Of a stretch of 64,000 nt of DNA, positions 56,001 through 63,235 are shown piece by piece. Position 1 is the first letter of the stretch. Each line of letters opens with the position of its first letter. The stretch is taken from IMG/VR virus record IMGVR_UViG_3300018080_000120; one strand, 5' to 3'. The position numbers and the translations under genes were made by a program. Under the pieces are notes generated by a model. The model did not search any database. It worked only from the letters and a program-made list of their open reading frames with translations, and was not told where the DNA came from. This DNA is from a virus. Lineage: Duplodnaviria > Heunggongvirae > Uroviricota > Caudoviricetes.

Positions 56001-56390
56001 AAAGAAGAAGCGAAGTCGATTGGAGTAAAGGACCTAAAATGGTATTATAAAACAGCAAAGGAAAGAGGCTGGAGTAAGATAATAAATCTTATCGTCAGAA
56101 AGAAGAATAAAGTATACTTTGCTACTCGATCTACTCTCGGCCCCTTTAATCTGCTGGAGCATCTAAAAGTAGGTCCCGCTGATTTGCCAAGTTTTATGTT
56201 GAGTTTGATTCTAAGAAAAGAGACAGAAGATATCGAAGAAAAGCTCAATCTAAGGAAATTCGAAAGAGCGGAAAAGCATCGAGAAGCTGTGCTTTCTGCA
56301 TTCAAGGGCGTCTATAGAATAATGTCGGACTATATTGATAATATGATGACGCCTAAACCACAAGCAATGAGCGGCTCTTGCTCGGCCTAG
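53091..56390 (+). CDS. single-polypeptide two-barrel DNA-dependent RNA polymerase (fused beta-like and beta-prime-like catalytic modules; TTG start)
   Basis: beta-type: KFSNLHGNKGIVRMV and PIDVMISATSINKRANFGQILEAL (cf. GRHGNKGV...[22 protein letters not shown]); beta-prime-type: ERFPCLGFMSIRPQ and MNLDFDGDTLFLASLHT (cf. NADFDGDQM); SD aaggagg. Confidence 0.8.
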   Translation: MGENIQGRTESLVNDIKCEFNRQKEYLKSNAEMDLQVADDLLKITFSDGNISQTLSIPLPTINEKGLNLLNNNDVTRVMCDYWLEREQKRLNYHDVIRVILCGEINEVMPHRSSMGSLLSRVIKAFSQNAVPYMVNSIQRLVSEIVNVMPLHETDMNSWAMNHRLIIIDPLFNALTDPNDRLEYQVEKNKKYYKKFGWSTIGLSEGVLSDKNFILTTDLRKLTPYGWYHNPQRNLYSTLGMKGDELPKVRSRSEHELIKRGIQRKGWNLVTAIIDTPLVFEDQILVDKRHAGLFHTVEKRFVVYGDKIMIKKGDKISTDGVLGISNDNEKVRMTLKCDEAEITDVKKELANVGGEEVVTTVIKVKGKRYFRDGTKFSNLHGNKGIVRMVDLGYAIDPRDGKKVPIDVMISATSINKRANFGQILEALSSNLIPEDAEYLIIEDDHQTNRTKVENALETAGFPKDGTWMIDTYCGEHSAIVGKMFWGVTKDPEDQLWEGNRTLVTDNRELRTSGLKFSHVEFKALTTRFGPQNAVTKEILSHAQGMEVLHDEIKILKSAHGELPDNLPEIDASNVDFVDNSKGIFHTATEVAGTVVDESFMPDGFILKLPCDFQAIVNKKNPDHFTCGMPQEIIDPEEKNVYQYNKIFIPNALLRRCWRHPSGKWGLSVTGSLINRIIEWCHRFKASGDVNDQVVLMRVIASYFRNIAKMMGSKTGELSTYGMAVRYPYSTRATAALSDNLPRDTIEIHRDMANLLKVKTGDIVIAERFPCLGFMSIRPQFVRVTDDPQCKYVIRVSGNSLVSMNLDFDGDTLFLASLHTPQAKEAMRKELTNSNTLCKQVIEQMNAKKVPQTKEMNLDGFEIRVFPPPTNEEHAQIVRNATGVKSHTGPVIALAYNLMRIVERNVPYSDNTQHVNLEVLLDFLGNTVFKQKHGIKSLQEEATDAICLADAERMVELGFERSPSELLCRLIKEEAKSIGVKDLKWYYKTAKERGWSKIINLIVRKKNKVYFATRSTLGPFNLLEHLKVGPADLPSFMLSLILRKETEDIEEKLNLRKFERAEKHREAVLSAFKGVYRIMSDYIDNMMTPKPQAMSGSCSA

Positions 56391-56432
56391 TGGAAAGTAA
56401 GAGCTGTTAAATAAATTTTTAGGAGGTTCTAT

Positions 56433-56798
56433 ATGTTAGACTATAGTAAGAGCGTATTCGTAGGAAAGGTAGATAATGCTCCACAAATTAATCAAAATGC
56501 CCAGGGCAGGAAACAAGCATTTTTTCATCTGATAGTTAACAACCGGGTGAGAGATGCTAATGGAAACTGGGTAGATAAATTTGTCAAAGCGCCTATTTAT
56601 GCCACGGATAAAAAGGCCGATATCATTGAGCAATATGTTGTAAAAGGACATCAATTGCTTATCGAAGCGAGATATCAAAGTTGGGAGGCAAATGGTCAAA
56701 TGCAGCACGCTTTTGAGTTGTTAGGCGTGACTTTGGGATATAAGCCCAAGCAAGACAATGCAGGGGGACAGCCTCCTAAAGATGATATTCCGTTCTAA
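56433..56798 (+). CDS. ssb: single-stranded DNA-binding protein
   Basis: OB-fold pattern VFVGKVDNAPQI...QAFFHLIVNNRVRD...YVVKGHQLLIEARYQSWEANGQ and canonical acidic C-terminal tail DDIPF. Confidence 0.85.
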   Translation: MLDYSKSVFVGKVDNAPQINQNAQGRKQAFFHLIVNNRVRDANGNWVDKFVKAPIYATDKKADIIEQYVVKGHQLLIEARYQSWEANGQMQHAFELLGVTLGYKPKQDNAGGQPPKDDIPF

Positions 56799-56832
56799 TT
56801 AGCTCATCATCTCTCTCTCACTCATCGTTAAA

Positions 56833-56869
56833 GGGGGTGTGGATATTCTCTGCACCCCCGAATTTTTTT
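56833..56869 (+). terminator. rho-independent terminator
   Basis: GGGGGTG...CACCCCC stem then GAATTTTTTT. Confidence 0.7.
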
Positions 56870-56881
56870 GGAGAAGAAGAT

Positions 56882-57460
56882 ATGAAAATAATGAAAACTT
56901 ATAAAGTTCAATCCAGTCGCAATTTATTTCTTACTGGAGATGAGCACTATTTCCATAAACTAATACTTCGTTTAAGACAATTTTCCACAATGGAAGAGAT
57001 GAATGAGACTCTTATATCGAATAACAACGAAGTGGTTAGAGATAAGGATCTTGTAGTTCATCACGGAGATTTCTCTTTAGGAACCGTGAAGCAGACTGAA
57101 GAAATATTAAGACGACTGAAAGGCCACCATATCATAATTCCTGGCGATCATGATGCTATTCTGGGACAACTAAACAAGAGTGGATTATTTGAATTGCGCT
57201 CTCCAATCTTTAAGATGCAGAGAGATGATATCCAACTAATCGGCTGCCATTATTGCTTAAGAACGTGGCCAAGATCGCATTATAACAGCTGGCATACTTT
57301 TGCCCATTCTCATGGCAGATTATTGCCAGTTGGTAAATCACATGATGTGGGAGTCGATAATAATTATTTCCGACCGATTTCTTTTGCTCAGTTGATCGAG
57401 ATAATGGAGAAAAGATTGGACAACGAAAATTTTATAAAGCAGGAGGATCGAAAAAGATGA
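56882..57460 (+). CDS. calcineurin-like metallophosphoesterase
   Basis: LTGDEHYFH, VVHHGDFS, IIIPGDHD resemble phosphoesterase motifs I-III; start after terminator. Confidence 0.5.
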   Translation: MKIMKTYKVQSSRNLFLTGDEHYFHKLILRLRQFSTMEEMNETLISNNNEVVRDKDLVVHHGDFSLGTVKQTEEILRRLKGHHIIIPGDHDAILGQLNKSGLFELRSPIFKMQRDDIQLIGCHYCLRTWPRSHYNSWHTFAHSHGRLLPVGKSHDVGVDNNYFRPISFAQLIEIMEKRLDNENFIKQEDRKR

Positions 57461-57954
57461 GTAATGCTCAGCAAAAAGCGTATGTTGAAAAAGGAATAGG
57501 CAAAGACCGTTGTGTTGCACTGGGTGAAGATATTGAATTGGCTGATGCTGAAGCAGCTGAAATAATACCAGCGCCTGATAAAGTCCCAACACTTGAAGAA
57601 AGAGTCGCTAATTTGGAACAAATGTTATCCCATCTCACCCTATCGCTTGATAGTCTTTATGAAATGTTCAAGCCAATTCGAAACCGCTTGCAAGGCAAAG
57701 TTGATCATGCAGTCAATAATAAGTTTCGAGAGGTAAAATCTGAAAACAAGATTCCCGAAGGAACAATATTGACAGGTAAATCAAAAGGTTTGTCATATTA
57801 TCTAACGGTAAGAGATGGCGGATTCTATATTGGTGATGTGAAACATGGAAGTTTATCAGCCGCCGCAGAAAAAGTGAGCGGTGTAAGAAGAAGCGGTTTA
57901 ACATTTTGGCATTTTACAGATGGCAAAACAGTGAAAGAAAAGTTTTCAGAATAA
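57457..57954 (+). CDS. hypothetical protein
   Basis: 165 aa. Confidence 0.5.
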   Translation: MSNAQQKAYVEKGIGKDRCVALGEDIELADAEAAEIIPAPDKVPTLEERVANLEQMLSHLTLSLDSLYEMFKPIRNRLQGKVDHAVNNKFREVKSENKIPEGTILTGKSKGLSYYLTVRDGGFYIGDVKHGSLSAAAEKVSGVRRSGLTFWHFTDGKTVKEKFSE

Positions 57955-57967
57955 AGGAGTCCCGAAA

Positions 57968-58666
57968 ATGGGTAAATCTCACGAAGAATGTGGAGACGCT
58001 TTAACAAATCTATTTTTAAAGAGGGTTTGTAAGCTATGTGGAATATGCGAAGCTCCGGATAATCCAGAGTTCTGTACTTTGTTCTGTCATGCCGATTGTA
58101 TGAAGTTTTTCAAAGATATTGTAGTAACCGCTGCCATGCTAAAAAGGTCTGATCCTGAAAAATTCGAAAGAATTCGTAGTTTTGAGGGATTTTGCGCCTT
58201 GCATTGTAAAATATGTCCTTTTCGAGGGCCAGATTGTTCTGGACTAAGACAAAGGGTTGAATGCTATCAACATTTCCTTGAACAGTCATCGACGGTTGAT
58301 GTGGGCGAAGAAATAGATAAAGCTAGATTGTATGAAAAGTGGAGCGGCATCGATCTGGACACGATTCCTAAATTGGAAAAGGATGCAAATGCAGTGTCCA
58401 AAAACGCCAGAAAGAGAATAACCAAAAAAGCAAAAAATGCCAAAAAAGACGCAACAACAATAATAGAAGGGATAAGAAAAGGAAAGAATAAAAAACACAA
58501 GCCTAAAGTAAAAAATAGAGGTAAAAAGAAAGATATATCAACAACATTCTTTTACAATGAAGAAGATGAAGGATGGAAAGAGTTGATAAATAAATATTTG
58601 GAGATCACCACACCGAATGAGGATAATAATAGACAATCGGATAAAACTGCTGGATCTACCACCTGA
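57968..58666 (+). CDS. Cys-rich protein with K-rich basic tail
   Basis: multiple CxxC pairs then KKAKNAKKD...KNKKHKPKVKNRGKKK. Confidence 0.5.
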   Translation: MGKSHEECGDALTNLFLKRVCKLCGICEAPDNPEFCTLFCHADCMKFFKDIVVTAAMLKRSDPEKFERIRSFEGFCALHCKICPFRGPDCSGLRQRVECYQHFLEQSSTVDVGEEIDKARLYEKWSGIDLDTIPKLEKDANAVSKNARKRITKKAKNAKKDATTIIEGIRKGKNKKHKPKVKNRGKKKDISTTFFYNEEDEGWKELINKYLEITTPNEDNNRQSDKTAGSTT

Positions 58667-60020
58667 AATAAATGAATGGTTAATCAACGAACTGACTTTT
58701 AGCAATCCAAAATACGAAGAAGCAGTAAAATATGGCCGATATACGAGAAATATTCCAGAATTTCTAAAATTATATTCAAAAACGCCGAATGGTCTGTTCG
58801 TTCCCCGTGGATTTTTGCAAAAAATCGAAAAAAGGTTATTTGGAAAAGGGCATAATATTGAAATCGTTGATAGTCGAGTATTAAACGATCCAATAGACGT
58901 AGATTCTCTTATTAGTTTGCGTCCATACCAAGAACCAGCAAAATATGATTTATTGGAAAATCCGAATGGTATGCTCATCGCTCCTGCCGGATCTGGCAAA
59001 ACAGTTCTCGGATTAGATGTTTTTGCGACTCTCCGCCAAAAGCTGTTGTGGCTGACCCATACAAAAAGATTAGCTGGACAAGTGATAGACCGAATTTTAG
59101 GTTCTGAAGAAAATCCTCCGCTTTTGGGCAATATCACCAAAGACGACATAGGAATGCTCGGAAGTGGTAAATGGAAAATTGGCAACAAAGCGACAATAGG
59201 AATAATTCAGACTTTAGTACGTAGATTGGAAATGTTGCCAGAAATTGGTCGAGAATTCGGATTAGTCATAGTCGATGAAGCACACCATGTTCCAGCAAGC
59301 ACCTTTTTGAAGGTTTTAGGTTATTTTTCCGCTTATCACTTATATGGATTGACAGCTACTCCATATCGCCGAGACAAACTTGAGAACATCATGTTTGCTA
59401 CCCTTGGCGGTAAAAACGCGGAAATTCAAAGATATTCAGTCAAAAAGGAAAAAGGAATAATCACTCCAAAAGTGATCGTAAAGGAAGTCCCCGCACCAAT
59501 TCACGAAGGTAATGATTTCCAATATATCCTTCGAGAGTTGTTGATACCAAATGAACACCGGCTTCTTTTAATAGGAATAGACGTTATAAATGAAGCTCAT
59601 GCCGGAAATTGCTGTATCGTGATAAGTCTGCGAAAAGAGTATTGCGAAATGCTCCATGACATAATAAAAAGAGCATGGGACAAAACTGGCATTGCAACAG
59701 GCGATTATTCCGACAAACATAATAATGCCCAGGTGGAAAAACTGGAAAATGGGGAAATAACAGTTTTAGTAACAACTTTCGAATTGCTTGGTGAAGGGTT
59801 TGACGTTAAAAAGTTAAATCGCGGATTTCTCGCTCTACCGTTCAGAGAGAAAACAAGGGTGGAGCAGGCGGTTGGCCGAATTCAGAGAACTTGCCCTGGT
59901 AAGAAAGATGCGTTTATCTACGATTATGTCGATTCAAATATCGGAATTTTAAAGAATCAATTCCGTCATAGAGCCTATACCTACAAAAAGTTGGGTATGG
60001 AAATAATAGTAGGGGGATAG
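58617..60020 (+). CDS. superfamily-2 DEAH-box helicase
   Basis: LIAPAGSGKT (Walker A), VIVDEAHH (DEAH), GLTATPYRRD (motif III), QAVGRIQR (motif VI). Confidence 0.8.
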   Translation: MRIIIDNRIKLLDLPPEINEWLINELTFSNPKYEEAVKYGRYTRNIPEFLKLYSKTPNGLFVPRGFLQKIEKRLFGKGHNIEIVDSRVLNDPIDVDSLISLRPYQEPAKYDLLENPNGMLIAPAGSGKTVLGLDVFATLRQKLLWLTHTKRLAGQVIDRILGSEENPPLLGNITKDDIGMLGSGKWKIGNKATIGIIQTLVRRLEMLPEIGREFGLVIVDEAHHVPASTFLKVLGYFSAYHLYGLTATPYRRDKLENIMFATLGGKNAEIQRYSVKKEKGIITPKVIVKEVPAPIHEGNDFQYILRELLIPNEHRLLLIGIDVINEAHAGNCCIVISLRKEYCEMLHDIIKRAWDKTGIATGDYSDKHNNAQVEKLENGEITVLVTTFELLGEGFDVKKLNRGFLALPFREKTRVEQAVGRIQRTCPGKKDAFIYDYVDSNIGILKNQFRHRAYTYKKLGMEIIVGG

Positions 60021-60022
60021 AA

Positions 60023-60232
60023 ATGAAAGAAGATTTCGAAAAATATAAAAATTCAAATTTTGCGAAGTGCCCTTTATGTAATTCACGTATAATAGGCACA
60101 CGTGCTCCTTTTAAAAGACGGGGCAAAGACGAAGTTACATGGCAAATGCATTGTTTTTTATGTGGACATTATTGGCATGAAATATACAAAATGGTGGATA
60201 TTGAATTCTTTTCTGATGAAGAAGAGAAGTAA
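60023..60232 (+). CDS. zinc-ribbon protein
   Basis: CPLCN...CFLCGH. Confidence 0.5.
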   Translation: MKEDFEKYKNSNFAKCPLCNSRIIGTRAPFKRRGKDEVTWQMHCFLCGHYWHEIYKMVDIEFFSDEEEK

Positions 60233-60234
60233 TT

Positions 60235-60420
60235 ATGCCTAAATTTCAAGTGGTGAGAGTATGGGATGTTGAGGTAAAAAATGCTCCAGACGCAGTTGCA
60301 AAGACTAGGAACTGGAAACACCATACAACTCGTGCTTACAAAAAAGGCGGAGAAATGGAAAAGCAAGAAAAATCCGCCTTATTGAAAGCACTTGACATAA
60401 TAATAGGTGAAGAAATATAA
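60235..60420 (+). CDS. hypothetical protein
   Basis: 61 aa. Confidence 0.45.
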   Translation: MPKFQVVRVWDVEVKNAPDAVAKTRNWKHHTTRAYKKGGEMEKQEKSALLKALDIIIGEEI

Positions 60421-60461
60421 CTACCGTGGTCAAACGGAAAAAGGAGGAGAAAAAAAACAAA

Positions 60462-60932
60462 ATGAAAGATTCCAAAAAAATGACACAAGGCCAAAAAAGT
60501 TACTTGGTGACAAGAATCAATGGTATCATGGAAGAAAAGATAAAGGGAATTGTGGAAGAGTATGGGTATTCTGTACTTCCCCATCAGCCACCGCCGGGAT
60601 GGCCGAAGGATCATGTTGTAGATGGTGAAATTATTAAAGCGGTTATAAAGGGCAAAGTAGGTCTTTTACCTAAGAAGAAAGTAATAGAAAACCTTAAGAA
60701 AAAGGTTACCACTCCTGGCCACCTGATATTAAACAATGCAGATTTTCTCGATATGGAAGCAGTAAAACTTTTCAATATCAGCAGACGCACTGAAAATCTT
60801 GTCAAGTACAACAAAGTGGCAAAAAGAGTGAAGGCCTTGAAGGATGCTGCTCTCGCTTTAAAAGATAAAATAATGTTTGATGGAGAGGTAGCTCCAAAAC
60901 TTCTCGCAGACTTCGAAGCACAAGAATTCTAA
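60462..60932 (+). CDS. lysine-rich hypothetical protein
   Basis: strong SD aaaaaggaggag; track ORF from GTG 60426. Confidence 0.5.
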   Translation: MKDSKKMTQGQKSYLVTRINGIMEEKIKGIVEEYGYSVLPHQPPPGWPKDHVVDGEIIKAVIKGKVGLLPKKKVIENLKKKVTTPGHLILNNADFLDMEAVKLFNISRRTENLVKYNKVAKRVKALKDAALALKDKIMFDGEVAPKLLADFEAQEF

Positions 60933-60939
60933 GATCATC

Positions 60940-61125
60940 ATGGTCGAGAGAAAAAATCGGAGGGAAAAAATAAAAATGATATTAATCAATGGTCCTTATG
61001 AGGGTCATCCTTCCAATCCAGAAGGAAAGACTATCATTGTCACTGAAAACAATGGTACCACCCATGCAATGACAGAGGATGAATTTATCTTATATCTTCA
61101 AGGGAGAAAAGATGGGATCATATAA
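60940..61125 (+). CDS. hypothetical protein
   Basis: 61 aa. Confidence 0.45.
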   Translation: MVERKNRREKIKMILINGPYEGHPSNPEGKTIIVTENNGTTHAMTEDEFILYLQGRKDGII

Positions 61126-61996
61126 TGTAGCGTGTTCCGTTTCAAACATAAGCATTGGGCCGGGGGAGAGGATAGCGTATTTTCCATTAAGACCTAACCA
61201 ATATGCAAAAGGATTTGAAGGTGGGCCAGCGGACGGTAATAATACACTCATACATACTAATTGTTACTATTATCCTGTAACTTTGCCTATTTTTGGTACC
61301 TACGATGACTATGGCGGAATAGAAAACATTGAAAAGAATTTAAACACTTATATTCTTGAGAAGTATTTCGGGCAAGTAATTGAAGTCATTGCGAATATAC
61401 ATCGCGGAGAAGGTATCCCGAAAATAACTTCCGGAATGTTTGTTCACCGGGATATTTTTGACACTCTCGTCAATAAATGTGCAAAGGTAGATGAATTCGG
61501 AAGAAAACACATCTTAATGTATAATAGTTCTGAGAAGAATATAGATAAAGAGTTGTCACGAGAGTTCGATGAATTCGCTGCATCCATTCGAAAAGCGAAG
61601 GAAAGAGAAGCAGAATTTTCTTCACAGCTGAAAGAGAAAACTCGCCTTGGCTGGGAAATATGGATTGAAAATTGGAAAATATTCAACTTTCGAGACTATC
61701 CTGTGTTCCGTGACATTTATCTACCGCATATAGAAAACGGAGATCTAAAACAACAGCTAATACAATTCGTGAAGTTTGAAACGGGTTTATTCGCAACAAA
61801 TAACTTTTATTTTCCAGCGATGAATGGATACCAATGTGGAAATGTCTACGCCAGCAGATATCTATATCAGAAAGCATATAAAATGATGCGAAACGAAGTT
61901 TATTCTCGGCGCTGGAGAAATTTTTTTAAAGATCCAATTGATATGTTCATATGGAGAAATAAAAGGCGACTAAAGAAGTTGATAGGAAAGGGGTAA
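61112..61996 (+). CDS. hypothetical protein
   Basis: SD agggagaaaag-ATG. Confidence 0.5.
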   Translation: MGSYNVACSVSNISIGPGERIAYFPLRPNQYAKGFEGGPADGNNTLIHTNCYYYPVTLPIFGTYDDYGGIENIEKNLNTYILEKYFGQVIEVIANIHRGEGIPKITSGMFVHRDIFDTLVNKCAKVDEFGRKHILMYNSSEKNIDKELSREFDEFAASIRKAKEREAEFSSQLKEKTRLGWEIWIENWKIFNFRDYPVFRDIYLPHIENGDLKQQLIQFVKFETGLFATNNFYFPAMNGYQCGNVYASRYLYQKAYKMMRNEVYSRRWRNFFKDPIDMFIWRNKRRLKKLIGKG

Positions 61997-62026
61997 AAGG
62001 AGGCAAGAGGTGAAAGCGAGGTAAAA

Positions 62027-63235
62027 ATGAAGCTTAAAATTAAGGCATCGAAACTGATGTCTAAGAATAAATCTGTCTTGGGATCAATGGAAGATAGGTT
62101 GATTCGTATTCCAGCAGGTCTAAGAGAAGAATTAAATATCAGAACAGGATCTTTTTTGAGACTGAAACAAAAGGGTGGTAGAGAAGCGGTTTTACAGGTT
62201 ATGATTTCTTATCTCGAAGATGCGCTTGAAGATGAAATGCAGGCTTATGTAAGTAAGGACACACATAATTTATTAAAGCTGTCCAAAATAAGTCTGGTAG
62301 ATCCAGCTGATGATATTTTAGTTGGGTGTGACCCCGAATTCTTTTTAGTTGACCTAAAGACAGGTAGAACCCGACCTGCATCCCATTTCTTTCCATATGT
62401 AGGAAAGTTGGGGAGTGATTGTGGTTTGGCAGAACTTCGACCAAGACCAGCTTATTATGAAAAAGATTTAACAGCAAATCTATTAGAGTTAATGGATAAA
62501 GCTTACAAACGTATAGCTGATAGAGTTCTGTATCGAAAAGAAGATCTTGCAATGATAGCTGCATCGCACTTGAATGAAGCATCAGCAGGATTTCATATTC
62601 ATTTTGGTCTGCCCTCAATATTATTAGATGAATCGGATATATCAGGTAAGTTACTGAAAAATATGTCTTATATATTAGATTATTATGTAGGCATTCCGGC
62701 AATTATGCCTGAAGGATCAGAGGACTGTAGAAGAAGGGTATCTGGTTATAGTCAGTATGGAAAACCAGGCGATGTAAGAGCAGATCGCATAACATTGGAA
62801 TATAGAGTTCCCGGCGGACATTTGCTAAGACATCCAGTTCTAACTGCTGGTTTATTAGGTATAGGTGTAGTTGTAATGAAAGATATGCTGAGTCGGATAA
62901 AATTATATTCAAATGAATATAGAAACAAAAATATATTCTATGAATATGACCAGTTAAGAGATTTATATCCTAATTTACCAGATCGGGTGGAGATTTACAA
63001 AAGCATAGTGTCTCCAGATACAAAAAACGCAATTCGTCATTTGGATAATATAGTTGATGATTTATCTAAAATGATAGGATTTTCTGAAAACTCAGAAGCC
63101 GTCTTGAATTATTTTAAATATGTATTATCTTATATAAGAGGAGAGAAAAAGTTCGGCGGCAATTTAGCAATCAATTGGAGGTTATTTGATGAGAAACAAC
63201 CGGAACAAGTGGCGTTTTTACAATCCGCCTTCTAA
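62027..63235 (+). CDS. glutamine-synthetase-like amidoligase superfamily protein (paralog B)
   Basis: VGCDPEFFLVD, AELRPRP, AGFHIHFGLP; paralog of 45833 product. Confidence 0.4.
   Translation: MKLKIKASKLMSKNKSVLGSMEDRLIRIPAGLREELNIRTGSFLRLKQKGGREAVLQVMISYLEDALEDEMQAYVSKDTHNLLKLSKISLVDPADDILVGCDPEFFLVDLKTGRTRPASHFFPYVGKLGSDCGLAELRPRPAYYEKDLTANLLELMDKAYKRIADRVLYRKEDLAMIAASHLNEASAGFHIHFGLPSILLDESDISGKLLKNMSYILDYYVGIPAIMPEGSEDCRRRVSGYSQYGKPGDVRADRITLEYRVPGGHLLRHPVLTAGLLGIGVVVMKDMLSRIKLYSNEYRNKNIFYEYDQLRDLYPNLPDRVEIYKSIVSPDTKNAIRHLDNIVDDLSKMIGFSENSEAVLNYFKYVLSYIRGEKKFGGNLAINWRLFDEKQPEQVAFLQSAF

Noticed and set aside
58538-59188. 216-aa minus-strand ORF
   Set aside because: It is antisense to the helicase and the Cys-rich gene. 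It has no SD, while the sense genes have clear motifs.
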